A stretch of DNA of 64,000 nucleotides from Takakia lepidozioides (Eukaryota; Plantae; Bryophyta). Location: NCBI GenBank assembly GCA_030704615.1, contig CM060731.1:5332001-5396000 (forward strand), read 5' to 3'. Position numbers and translations under genes: made by a program. Below, in pieces: positions 17,256 through 30,025 of this stretch. How positions within the stretch are numbered: the first letter of the stretch is position 1; each line of letters opens with the position of its first letter. The notes beneath the pieces are model-generated. The model saw only the letters and a program-made list of their open reading frames with translations. It searched no databases and was not told the origin of the DNA.

Positions 17256-20200
17256 CTATGTACAAAAAGATGAAACCCGGCGTCTGAAGTCTACTGCATC
17301 CAGTGGGTTGCCACCAAATAACTGTGACCCATCAGGTCCTAACAGACCTCCAGAGAGTGGTAACACAAGTTGACTTCCTCCACCTGTTACTTTTTCACTC
17401 GCTTGGCTGTTCTTTGTTCGCTGTACATACTCAAAGAAGTCTGCCACTTGTCGGGCATATCTACATCCACACACCAACCAACAATACATTGGCTTTAGTT
17501 TCTGCAATCCAAAAGCCCTTAATTGACCATATGTCCTCTCTTAATATAACACAGTCTCACTGAGTGTTTGTTTACAGGCCGGAAATCTTTGTCGTACTCA
17601 TATATTGCTGCTAACTGGATTGCAATATGCTTCAGTTTGGAAATATAAACAGTAGTGTCCAGAGAGAAAGGGAAGAGACCATTGAAGATCTCCGGTCACA
17701 TGAAGTAGAAGCACTACGCTACAACTCTAGGAAGGGTCAAACATGAACTCACTCTGCTTTAGCTTCAAAGTCACGGCTAAAATCAATGGTGGCATCACAA
17801 TCCAACAGTAATGCTGGCACCTGCAACCAAGAGACAACCAACTGAGTAATATTGGTTTATTTCATTGCATAAGAAAACCAAAAAAAAGCACACTGATGTT
17901 TGGGTACTCAAGGTCTACAGTTTGCCCAACAAAGAATTTGCATGCTTCACTATCATAGGACACTAGTGGCAGAAGAACTCTGGCCTTCAAGCACTGCAAG
18001 GTCTACTGCAGTATTGATAGAAGATCCAATCAGTCACAAGAGTTCAATCGTTGCAAACAGAGATTGTTCAGATGTTCAATTAACTTGAGAGAACCAAGTT
18101 TCAGACATAATCATGACCCACCTTTTGAATACACGAATGGACATGATCACCCTCCAGATAGAATACACGATCTCGGATTCGCGCTGACAGGGGTTCCTTT
18201 AATGCTGGACTAACTGAGAGCACTCCACTACTTGACTTGGCTGGAAGAAGCCACTGCTCATGCTTTTCATGAAGGCCGCGGAGATACTCCAAACTCACTC
18301 CCTGTTCCTCAGGTCTGGCAGGTTACAAAACAGCAGTTTATGGAACCCATAGCTTAATAAATGGTCCAAGCTTTAAAACAACTGGTCAATATCACAATCA
18401 ATGTAGTTATGCCACTGTGTGAAGGAAATCAAAAGATGCGGGATATTTGACTTGGCAGGAAGACCAACCTCCCCTCCTGACAGTGAGAATCTTTTCCTTT
18501 TATGTTTGTTGTGTTCCGTCAAATACACTTGTCAAGGCTATGGTAGAACTGGTTCAACTTTCAGACCTTGAACATGTTTCTCAAATCCAGTGCCCCAAAG
18601 AGGCAAACGTTTGGGACAAAAAACTCCTCAAGGTGTATAGGATGTACAGCCTCTATAAGATTACCGCTTGCGAGACTGTAGTCGACGCAGGCAGGTGTCT
18701 GGGCTGGCTCGCAGATAAATGAAGGCATCAGGAACCAGACCCGGTAGCTCTGATACCACTGGGTTGAACCACGAATCATAGATGCTGATTTCCATCTCAT
18801 TCATCCACTTGGCCTCATGCACTGCACGCACGAATACCTGTCATGCCCTCTCCAAATCAATTTGAATTTTGACAAGTTTGTACTATCATTGAGATGGCAC
18901 TACACCAACACACCTTCTGGAGCCACTTGTTCCAGTTTCCCTCCAGAATACCCGTGAGTTTCTCCCTCCAAGATGAAGTATTGCAAGCACAAAGAGATCT
19001 ACTTTTGAAAAGAAAAAAAAGGGGACAAAGAATACCATTCGGTCACTGAAAACACTCCGCTCCATCAACCGCAGGGGTTTTACCCCATTGGCTGATTCAC
19101 GCTCCTGCATTAGGCGGGTGACAAACACGTAGTTTTGAAAGGTGTAGGCATAACGCTCCGGCTCCGCATAAAACGATTCCAGAATGTTGAAGTGATCTGG
19201 TCCCACATCTTGCCACTTGGCAACTGGCTCAGGTACAATCTGACCACAAATTTCAGAGAATAACTATCAAACTTAGACTGGATCAAGATGTCATGCTTGT
19301 TTGATTATATATCAAATGAACACTGTTGCTATCTATCTGTAACGCAAGCATTTGCATCATCGAAAAGTTGTGTGCTTTCCAAGAAAACATTGCTTAACGT
19401 GCAGAAGAGTCACAATCATATTATTAGACCTGAATGGAAAAAACTCTATAAACCCTTATAAACCTCATTTATGTGCATAAAAACACTACAGTGTGCCCCC
19501 TGGAGATTCATGAGTGATTCCAAAAGCATAATGTATTAACATAAAAAACGAGGGCTCGAGGGTTTGGTCATCCAGGTGGAGAAAAGTCACACAGCTTCAT
19601 CCTGCAGGTTTCCTTCAAAGAAATATACCCCATATCAAAACTATAATATCAGAATTTATTTACAACAACGAGATGAATTCGTACCTCAACCATGTCTCGC
19701 AACTCAATAGTTTCATTAGCAATTTTCTGCAGGAACGTTGACTTGCCAACACTGATGTTCCCTTCCACACAGAAAGTGAGGCGCTTCTTTCTGTGAGAGC
19801 CCTCCTCATTAACGGCCAACTCGGCATCCACAGTGTGCTTGATGAAGTTGGTGATGCTGGCAGCATGGTGCTTGTGTAATATGCCGATCGAGCTCTGCAA
19901 GTACTCCACCATCTTATCCGAGCCGTTGTCACGAAACTGCAGGAATACATGTCTGATTTCTTGGAATTACGCCCATTAACATCTTTTGTTCACACATCTC
20001 TCCCAAAGCCGTCCATCTTTTAGTCAAACAGAACTAAGAGTCTCTATATCAACTGTCTTGACTACATTGTCTAACAGAACAACTGCAAATCCAACCTTTA
20101 TAACCCCCCTTCTTGCAGGTGATTGCAGCTAAACCAAAATACTACCACATTCAACTACTTGAGCTGAGTGCATAGGAATAAGCACATTATCCCGGTACAG

Positions 20201-21605
20201 CTGCTTCAGCTCTGCTAGTTTGGCAATTCCTTTAGCCACCAGTTTTTCCATGTTGCGGGGGCCTATTCCTGGAACTGTCAGAAGGTCAGGAAGTGGGCCC
20301 TGAGTCTGCCGGGTTGCATTGGCTCCAACTGCTCGGCGTCTTCGGGCTCGTCCTGCACCACAAAAACATACATTAGAAGCTTTTGTTACATTTCTTCAGC
20401 AGCTTTTGATTTAGAAATATCAAAGCCACAGTAAAACTTTGAGCAAGCAACGACATTACTAGGGGAGGGCCTCTACAATCTGACCGGCAACGCAATGTCG
20501 TCGCACTCAAGCAATGTTTTACACCTCTCGTTCGATAATGTGACTGCGGTGTAGCAGAGTAAAAATTAATCACCCCTGTTTTCAGGTATGGGGCTTTAGT
20601 AGCGGTGGCGGACTTACGGTCATGCTTTCTCGCATGGTTTCAATGCTGCTGGCACTCATTTCAACACAGTCCCATCACTACATTGCCGCTAATAAGGACC
20701 CAACGCAATGAAAATTCCTGGATGAGATTCATATCTTGGTGGGAGCGAGGAAAGAGGGCCATGGCCAAATTTCATGAACGGCTCTCTCTTTCTTTCTCTC
20801 AGAGACACAGGAGACAAATCCCAAGTGTTTGGAAGAGATTTAAGCTAGAAAGCAGCACACATGAAGTTTGCCACTAAAACGCACAGACAAACTTCCCAAG
20901 TCTACCCTTCGAAAGTTCATGTCCATTCAAGCATTATGTTCTCATAAGCAAGGCTTAAGAATTACCAGTAGCATCCATCTCTGAAGACGTTGCACCCGAC
21001 TCAGATTCCTTATCCAAGGACAAAGTGTCTTGCGCGAGAACCGAATCTCCCCTTCCTTCACCTTCGGTTAGTGCTCCAGAAGACCCATCCTTCTCTACAT
21101 TCTCTATTGCCATGGGAATATTCGATACGCTGTTAACTCCCGGTACGTCTTCCTCCGAATAGCTTGGCCCTTGTGTTGAGCTCAAATGTGCCATCCCATG
21201 GGTATTCTTTACAAGGTGGTTTCCGGACATGGTAATGGGAGCACCTCTGTAAGCCTGGACCATCCGTACCCCGGCATTCGGTGAGTAACTTTGCTGCAAA
21301 AGTCTGTCCATGGAGTTTCCATTTCCGACCTCAAGCTCACATGGAGGAGACTTATTCCAACCTGCCCTCAGCTCCCTGGCCAGGAGTCTTCTATCACTCA
21401 GGAATGCACCTAACTGCCAGCCTACGACCGATTTCACCGCTCTCAAATTCTTTGTTGAAGCATTCTTTTCAAATGGTAAGGGTTCAGAGGGAATCCGAGA
21501 GAAAACAGGGGCAAGAGCGTGGGATTGCAATGGAACCATGGTGGCCCGCCCAATTGCTCTCAAGCCGGCTTTACACAGAAGGGATGTCCGTGGTAGACTT
21601 GGCAT
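17256..21605 (-). CDS. dNK: Deoxynucleoside kinase with long N-terminal extension and HhH-like motif, 8 exons, about 633 aa
   Basis: Exons 21605-20966, 20352-20186, 19936-19685, 19239-19036, 18837-18665, 18314-18122, 17820-17753, 17460-17256 (1902 nt). P-loop VEGNISVGKST, EPVAKW, ERSVFSD, FIYLRASPDTC, YLRGLHEKHE; LLTVPGIGP in exon 2. Confidence 0.92.
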
Positions 21606-22105
21606 TAGGATACCCCAACCATTCTCCCACCCCCTTGTCAGGACCTACACTTATGCCCTCTACATGCACCACTTCAGCAGACACAGGCAACTCCAGTACT
21701 CCCCATCTCTCGGTCGCCAATATGCAAAACCCCCAGCGTCATTGAACTCCACCACCCTTGCTTCACCGTCATTTCTCCCCCCTTATTCCTCCAGTTCAAT
21801 TTCCTGGCTACGGTCACTCTCAAATCTACCAACTTCACATATCCCGCTCGGGAATAAGGACGTGCAAATCTGGGAGAGCCCCGGGCCGTACATACAAAGC
21901 GACAGGCGGCGGCTTGACAGCAGTGAGCTAGGGCTTTAGCGCCATCCCAGTGACATTTACTGTGCGCTCGGATGAGGCCTGGCCCCACTTGCTCGGATAC
22001 TTGTGGCCCACTTTAGTATGTGCTACTGTTGGGCAGCTGGAGACCCGTATCCTTTTTGAATTTTTCTTTAAACCTTTAGTGGACGGGGGGTACATTCTCA
22101 GGTGC

Positions 22106-22295
22106 TGGCGGGAAAAAAACCCTGGCCCACCAAAACTTTTTTATCTGGAGACTTTCTCTGTCTTGTAAATCGGACGGTTGGAATTACATACTTCCCACCT
22201 ACCCCACCTCCAACCACCAAAAGTTTTATAAGAATCATGGCGCTTTGCTAAAATCCGCTAGCAATTTCTTGCTTTACCTGCTAGCTAATTGGCGC
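22106..22295 (-). promoter_or_regulatory. E2F sites upstream of dNK
   Basis: TGGCGGGAAAA at 22106-22116 (TTTTCCCGCCA on the minus strand, canonical E2F). Second ATTGGCGC at 22288-22295; several GGCCCA/GGCCCC site II-like motifs nearby. Confidence 0.6.
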
Positions 22296-23170
22296 GCGAT
22301 GGCTTCTCTGTTTTCTGTTTTGGTGCAAACATCATTTTCAAGCCCGAAGTCTCAGAGCTATTAACCCCTAATGGATGAGGCAGTTTTTGGTGGCCCCCTC
22401 CAAAACAGGACATACCTCATCCACATGGATGAATCATATGAATGGGAGGCTACCTACTTCATCCAACTTCTGTGAAAATTTCAGCTCATTTCACCGTGTC
22501 GTTTGGAAGATTATAACAAATTCGCAAGCCCAAAATTTGGGGTACACTCCAAATTTAGAGTGGAAAAATGGTTTGACCAGGAAATTGGATCGACAAAAAA
22601 AAATTCCTCTCAAGACCCATCCAGATTCCAATTATGTGGCACCTGAAGCATGTTGCCCCAAAATTTCATAGCAGAATTTCGAAATCTTGATAAGGTTGCT
22701 TTGTATGGAAAAATAGGGGGCTCAAAACACACCATGAAGCTCAAATGACATGTAATTCAGAAACGGGTCGCCTCGTCCATTAGGGATTAAAGGAAAAACA
22801 GCATGTTGTGGATGAGCTAAAGCTGACACGTGCATGTCTAAATGAGGCACGTGATGGGCTTTCATTGGAGTCTCTTAAATTACTGTCAATTGTTGAGAGC
22901 TCCAAGCAGGAGGTTGCCATAATCGAGACTGGGAAAAAAAAGATTGGTAATCTTGAAACCATCTACCTAGCCTTCTACCTAACCGGCAGATGCGGCCGAG
23001 ACGTAACAGCCAAGAGACGAGGTGGATTAGGCTTAAGAATCACTCACCTGCAAGTGTTTCGCTATCAAACAAGTGGTTAGTGGTCAATGAAAGAAATTTC
23101 TCACTAATATGTACCGGCAAGTGTAGAGTCGAACTATTCCCACTTGCAAGGCAAAGCGTTTGTCCTATAA

Positions 23171-24210
23171 GAGCATCTCCAACGGTGGCCTCTAAATAGC
23201 CCCGCTATTGTGGGTTCTGACGGTCCACTTGATGGGTCCCCAAAACACTAACGGCCAACTCCAAATTTGATCCACCCATTTTTGTTTCAAGCAACCTTGC
23301 AAGAAGAACTCGAAGACGACGATTGCGATGAGATGTTCGACAACATTTTCGTAAATGAACTTGGACAGACTTCTTCAAGTCCTCCACAAAAAAAGACATG
23401 GTGGATCTAAGGTAGGACGTTTTGCAGAGAGAGAGAGAGAGAGAGGTCATGACAAAAAAAATTCGATATTACTTCAGTGCTTCACCAATTTACGATGACA
23501 AAATGTTTCGACGAAGCTAGTACAGGATGATACGAAGCTTGTTTCTACAAATATTGGAGAGAGTTGTGCCCATGATTTATATTTTGTGTAGAAAAGAGTG
23601 TTGCTAGGATTCTTGGCTTGTCATCAACTCAGAAATGCACATCTGCACTAAGGATGCTTGCATACGTAGTTGCAGCTGATGCGACAGATGAGTACTATCG
23701 GTTAGAGGAGAGCACAGCCATGGAAGGCATGAAACGATTCGTGAGAGCAATTAGAGGAATTTTCGAGGAGAATTATTTGAAACAGCCAACAGAAGACCTC
23801 TTGAAGCAGCTGAAAACTAACAAGGAGATGGGATTTCCGGGGATGTTCGCGTCTATTGATCTAGTATGCATTATATGTGGAAGAACTACCTGTTGTTTGG
23901 CAAAGCCAATTCTAAGATAAGTCGAGCAGATCCATTATACTCGAAGCTCTTGCAGATCAATCTCTATGGATATGACATGCTTTTTTTCAGGCTACCAAGA
24001 GGAAACAATCACGACAATGTTCTCGACATGTCCCCTCTAGTTGCAGATTTGTTGAAGGATGAAACCACAGACATGACTTTTGCTGTAAATGAGAACTCAT
24101 ACCCATGATATTATCTACTGACATATGGCATATATCCGAGATGGAATATTTTTGTGCAGACCATACACCAACCTCAAGATTTGAAACAACAACACTTCGC
24201 GAAGATTAAA
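23171..24210 (+). mobile_element. PIF/Harbinger transposon remnant
   Basis: TAA|GAGCATCTCCAA terminus at 23171. Broken transposase QKCTSALRMLAY...DEYYRLEESTA...GFPGMFASID, GNNHDNVLDMSPL, YYLLTYGIYPRW with stops and frameshifts. No right TIR seen. Confidence 0.85.
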
Positions 24211-24761
24211 AAACAAACAAACAAACCTCCAAAAAATGATCTTCTTACGCTTGTATGGATCTTCAAACTTATTTTCTCATCGACCTTGTTTTGCCGCAAA
24301 GCAAGTGATCACTATATAAACAACATGATCGACCGCAAGTAGTTGCATACACTCTAGAAGAGTTGTGGTTATAGCATCACCTTACCCTATGATTTAAAAA
24401 AAATGTCGGATAGATAATGGCCTACGGGCTGGATACGGCTGGCCCAATCAGGTCTCGGCGTTCTACCTAGTCGCAGGTTGAGGAGGTGGGAAGAAGGTAG
24501 AGGGTTATCGCCCTGCTCTCAGCCACTAGGGGCCAGACACGTCATGGAGATTCCCAAAACAGCCGGTTATGGAATGTTTAGCCGAGACTACCTACAGAAT
24601 GTTAAGTTGTACACGTTGAACCCTAGATCACCGGGTGATGCGCAGGCACAAGTACCCAACCACTTGGGTAGTTTAGGGCAAGAGGAGAAAGAGTCCCACT
24701 CTAACAAGTACTTTCCTATCTGCACTCGACTCTGCGGGTTGGGTTGAATGAAGCTGCAAGG

Positions 24762-25274
24762 ATGGAGATCGCAGCAGCAGCAGCAGCCGCCATGGACGAG
24801 ATGGCATCGATTGTGGAGGGAGTGACAGGCGATCTGCGCAGGCAATTTCAGGATTTCACAGCGGGAGGCGGCAGCTTTCTGGACCCTATCCTTGGATTTG
24901 TTCATGCAGTTGATTGGACAGAGCCGTGGTTGATAGGTCTGATGGTCTTCCATGTTGTGATGTTCGCAGTGGCCGTGGCCAGCAGGAAGCACAGCAATGT
25001 GCAGATGACTCTCTTCTTTTCTGTGCTTTTGTGTGTGTACTATGCAGAGAGATTGAACACATATCTGAACCGGCACTGGAAGAGCTTTGCGCGACAGCCC
25101 TATTTTGATTCCCAAGGCGTTTTCCTGTCCACCGTGTGGTCGGGCCCCTTGCTGTTGGTGTCTACCCTAATTCTTGTCAACAGCTTGTTCACTTTGACTA
25201 GCCTGCTTGTGAAATGGAAGAGAGCGGAGCTCAAGCATCGAGCTCGTGTCTCTCGGGACAAGAAGCAAGAATAG
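24762..25274 (+). CDS. TMEM18: Transmembrane protein 18 family, intronless CDS, 170 aa
   Basis: FVHAVDWTEPWLIGL, YYAERLN, WKSFARQPYFDSQGVFLS, GPLL, LVKWKRAELKHRAR. First in-frame ATG at 24762. Confidence 0.9.
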   Translation: MEIAAAAAAAMDEMASIVEGVTGDLRRQFQDFTAGGGSFLDPILGFVHAVDWTEPWLIGLMVFHVVMFAVAVASRKHSNVQMTLFFSVLLCVYYAERLNTYLNRHWKSFARQPYFDSQGVFLSTVWSGPLLLVSTLILVNSLFTLTSLLVKWKRAELKHRARVSRDKKQE

Positions 25275-25886
25275 GGCCTGCATCGCCCTTAGGGCATATG
25301 ATTCAAGGCTTGTCCACTGCAGGGCTGTCTGTGCGGTGAAGAGCAACGTGGGTGACGGGGCACTTCGGTGGATCGCACTACTGGTGTTGATGAGTCTGGA
25401 GAGATGAGTCTGCCCTATCTTGTGGGCACTTGGCATAGTGTGGGTTGCAGCGGGGGGTCCCACTTGTGTTGTAGGGGAATTGAAACTGAAGTCATTCCTT
25501 GTGTTCTGTTACGATACTTTTCCGACTAAGCCAATTCCTCGCAGCGGTGTTCCGCTACGAGGATCAGAAATCCTTGGCAGAATATCTGCATGAGGCTACA
25601 CAATCCCCTGAACATACTTGTTTTTGGGTTTCTCTCGATCTTTGTTGTTTCATGCTTTCTCGTGTAGAAGCTGATTGAGCTTTCCGAGGACGTAATAAAG
25701 GATCATTCAATTTCATTTCTGTCTTTCTTCTTCCACGTCTATTTCTATGCGGGTGTATGTGTGAGAGAGGAGACGAGGTTTACGTTCTCTTTAAACTTTG
25801 ATCGGAAGTTCAAGTTTGTTTCACTTTTGTAGGATTCAGTTTAGTTCATCGTTTGTCTCTTTCTCTTTTACCCATTGCTTGTAGCT

Positions 25887-28715
25887 ATGGCTATGACGAC
25901 GATGGGGCTGTCGGAGCCGTCTGGTCCAATGGCACAGCTTCAGAAGCCGATATCACTCAGGATTTTTCAAGAATAAACTCACCGATGGTAATTCGCCTCT
26001 CCTCCTGTGCAGCCGTTACTTGTAGCCATACCCCTTTCTCCCTCCTTTGTCTCCAGGTTTCCATTCTCAGTATCGAGAAGAGACTCGCAGACTCGAAATT
26101 GGAGTAGGGGCAGAGTTCAGCTTGAGAAAGCAATCTCGCGGCCAGGGTTATGTCAAGAATCTAGAGAGTTCATCTGTGAAGCAAAATGTGGGCCGACAAC
26201 CACTGTGGAATTGGATGATAGGACGGTATGGAAGGAAGGTGCGGTCGAGATTGTGAGTGAGGATTCTTCCGCAGTCGAAGCAGGATCTGTGCAGCATGAC
26301 GCCGGTTATGATACTTCTCCTGGCGGGGGCATACTTGTTGGTGCGGCTGTTTGACTTCCTTACAAGGCAAAAATTTCTTGGACAGGTACTCCACATCTGC
26401 ATGTAATAGGATCAGCTGGTAAATGCATCACGAACTCATTTCAAGTCCAGTTGAAGGAGGCAACCTGAGACTCACAACCTACATTATGACATCCGAGCAA
26501 AATGCATCTGGGAAGTGAATCCTTGGAAAACCAAAGTCTAGGTAGGAATGTCGCAGGCAATTCAATTCTCAATGAGATGAGAAGTTCTTGATTCTGAGCC
26601 AGTTTTAAAGGTAGTGGAAACTTCTCCAGAAAAAATTCCTGTAGACCTAGAGCAAGAAAGCTTTGCCTCAACTTTGTGAAGAAGAATCTGATCTCTGAAA
26701 AGCATTTCCTCATTTGATTTGAAAGACAGCATGACTGCCCTTATGAACTTATTTCAACTAGATGGGAATGGCCTAAGGTAACAGGCCAGGGTTCATAGAG
26801 ACACTGCCCAGATTTCTTTGTTAAGAAGAGAGGAGCGTGTGACAGTTTTTCATGTACCTGTTAAGTATCACATGAGGCTCTGAGGCTATGCAGAAGTGCA
26901 TTTTGCATGAAGGTTTTCTCTGTAATTGCTGATCTACAGAAATTGAGCGGGAAGCTGGTGCATATAGCATCAGGATTGCTCATTGCACTAAGCTGGCCTT
27001 TTTTCAGGTGTGCCTTTTCAATCACAAAGTCTCCTTGTCTTGTCTCCTTTGGTATCCTGGAGGTCTGTCCTATGTATCATTTATTCTCAACTGCGCAGCA
27101 ATCATATTTGCAAGTTCGTCAGCTATTATTATATGGAGGCACAAAACAACAAGGTTTATTCTTTGCCATTGCTATCTACATATGTGCATAATCCAATCAA
27201 GGTGGTGTGACATCTTGCACATGCTATGAAGGGCTCACACTCGTGGTACATACTGGGTCTGGGGATTGGAAGTGCAGCATGTCGCCTTGGGCACGATTTA
27301 TTGCAGCAGTGGTGCCTATCAGCAATGGCCTCAGGTTGCTCGTCTATGGGCTGGGCATATTGAAGGATGAAGGCCTAGTCAAATCTGTGAGCCGTGGGGG
27401 TGATCCTAGGTACAATTTTGTTTCTGTGGCATGTCCTTCCTCATAAACTTCCGCAACTGTTGCCATGTAGTCTATGCTTTTGAAAGCTTCTTGAAAAGAA
27501 GACATCTCATATGTGGTGGAGAGGGAACACATGGAGCTGCTGTGGGGGCCACTTTATTATGTGGTGGTGTTGGCCCTCAGTACGATACTATTCTGGTGGA
27601 ATTCTCCAGTGGCATTATAGCTCTGGCCATGATATGTGGTGTTGATGGTGCGTGATGCCTTTCACGATCCACTACATGCATATGATTGTCATTGTCATAC
27701 AATGTCTATGCCTGGCTGCTGAAGAAGGAAAGAAGGATCCGTAGCCTCATGTACTAGGACAGTGAGATTCTACTGTACTCTGACGACCATAACGAGGAGT
27801 TAATCCTTGAAGCAGGAATTGCTGATATCGTAGGCAGAAAGTTAGGATCAAAGAAGCTGCCATACAACTCTGACAAGAGCTGGGCTGGAAGTATTGCCAG
27901 TTCCTTTTCGGCTTCCTCGTTTCCTCTGGGTAAGGCGGCTGGCGTTCTGCTTTTTGAAATTCTCTACAGAAGTGAGGCCAGGTAACTGAAGGGTGATTGT
28001 ATCTAAGACCACCTCTACAGCCCCTTCTTTAAGAGGTGCTAGGACAGAGTCCATTCAGGTAAACTGCATCTTCAACGTGACGCCTTCACTTGATTTCCCT
28101 GTGCATCCTCATGACCAATATATCTCTAACTTAGGTTGATACTTAGTTAAACCTTTTGTGTGGTGATAGTGTCTGTCACTCAGCAATCTGGCAGGACCCA
28201 CATGTGTAGTATGTTTGAAACCTCTACAGAAGCCAGGACTTCAAACCAGTAGAACTGGATGTTGAAATCAAACAACAGTTTTGAAGAAAGATTAGATGGA
28301 GTGGGGGCCTCAAATTTGAGAAATTGCAATGTCAAAACAGGTAAGAATAGGTGTCGATATTGTCTTAGCTGGAGTACAGGGACTCAATGTTGTTTCAGCT
28401 ATAGAAGATGGATTCATTATCTAAGTATTAAAAAGTAGATTAAAGTAGATTCACTAAGTAGAGTGCAATTCACTCACATACTCCTATGAGCTGTCACCAA
28501 GCTAGAGCTGTGTGTCTGAGACACCAGAGAAGCATAGGAGTCTCTTGGTGCCCGGCTTATATCTTGAGATGCATTGGCTATGGCAGGTGTCTTTGGTACT
28601 TCTCTATGTTGGGCTTCTATTCCGATCACTACCCATTACAACCAGATTGGATGACAATCTGACTGTACCACTTGCAACAGTTGTGCTAGGAACACTTCTA
28701 TTTCCATCCAGATGA
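25887..28715 (+). pseudogene. Phytol/farnesol kinase (VTE5/FOLK-like) pseudogene
   Basis: Exonic fragments QHDAG/AGAYLLVRLFD, KLSGKLVHIASG, LVKSVSRGGDP, ELLWGPLYY, ADIVGRKLGSKKLPYNSDKSWAGS, LDDNLTVPL. Frameshifts near 26304, 27611 and 27900, plus an early stop in the transit-peptide region. Confidence 0.8.
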
Positions 28716-29963
28716 TTTCTTAACTGCCTCATCAAGGACGACTTGAGTCAAATGTCTATAATGTTAATAGAGGGTGTCTTAGAAAAGTGGCTGGATAGAG
28801 ATTCATCCCCATCAACGAATCATTGCTTCGAGAAACCCACACTACTCTTGTTTCTTCTGTCAGTTCAATGATACTTGAGACAAATAGACTACTGTGGTAT
28901 GGGAAGGGTGCAGTTGGAAAGATTTGTTTTTAGAAGATCCATGTGAAGCTCAAAGAGCTTATGGTACAATGGAAAACACAGAAGCAGGTCCTCAGAAAGT
29001 ACTGTGTAACTTTGCCAAACCAGCAATTTGGTACTAGTATTGGACAGTAGGCGAGTGTGGAAGACGCGATTAGCCATGTGTAAATGTGTCCATTTTGGTG
29101 AAGTGCTTGTCTGTATGTCAAGTTCTGTCATGTGGGTGTCATGGCCAGCCTCTAACCAGGATCACCCAGGGTTGGAGAGTAGGTGAGGACGGAAGTACTT
29201 CAGAATGCCATTTCAATTTTGGAGCATTCAGGAAAATTTTGTTCTGTCCAGTCTGCTCCTCCTAACCTGTTTCCCGGTGATCAAGTGGACACAGATTGAT
29301 CTCTTGGAGAAATTGGAGACCTGCTTCAGTTCTTCGAACAATAAAATGGGAACCTGTTTCAACTCTTTGGACAAAAAATTGGAGATTTGCTTCACTTCTT
29401 TGAATGCAGGTGTCTAACGTATCAGAGCACCGTTACAGTGTCATTTTATCTTTCCAGTGGCAATTGAATGGCTTAGCTCAATCTCGGAGACATGGGTTGG
29501 ACCTTTCAAATTGACAATGGTGAAGTTAATAGTTGTTATGCACAAGTGTTTGGCAAGTCCATCATCTGTTCATTTTGGGAGCATGCAATTTTCCCATAGC
29601 TGGGGCTTCAAAACCAAATCCAGGCATAGGTATTGCCGTATCTATTATCAGGTCCATGGTGGTAGTGGATATCCACATTAAAGCCATTGGCTTTGTTGGA
29701 TGCACCAAGAGTCCAAATATTGCTTCGTCATCTTTCAGGTCCACGGTCCCAGAATGTCTTGAAAACAGTGATGTGTGACCAGAAGCCCAGGCAGGCCTTA
29801 GTAGCTGGCTCCGATTTTCAACACCACCCACAACAGTCAGTCTGCCTAAAAGCTATGTCCAGCATTTGGACTGGGTGTGCTTGTCAGTGCAAACCATCGC
29901 TCTTCTTGTATCATGCATTTGCAGAGCAACCTGAAACACTTAATTTCTACTATAGCCACTACC

Positions 29964-30025
29964 TGTAGTGTGGATGTCTGGTTCTACATGGAAATGTAGT
30001 GTGGATGTCTGGTTCTACATGGAAA
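29964..30025. repeat. Perfect 31-bp tandem duplication
   Basis: TGTAGTGTGGATGTCTGGTTCTACATGGAAA x2. Confidence 0.9.

Noticed and set aside
21281-21939. Plus-strand ORFs of 154 and 209 aa
   Set aside because: Antisense shadows of dNK exon 1 and its 5' region.
22370-22760. Possible MITE or DNA-transposon remnant upstream of dNK
   Set aside because: Repeat-like composition, but no termini or TSD could be defined.
23426-23445. (GA)n microsatellite
   Set aside because: Short simple repeat within the Harbinger remnant; no evidence of function.
29457-29970. Short ORFs that might be a gene fragment
   Set aside because: No family recognisable in any frame.
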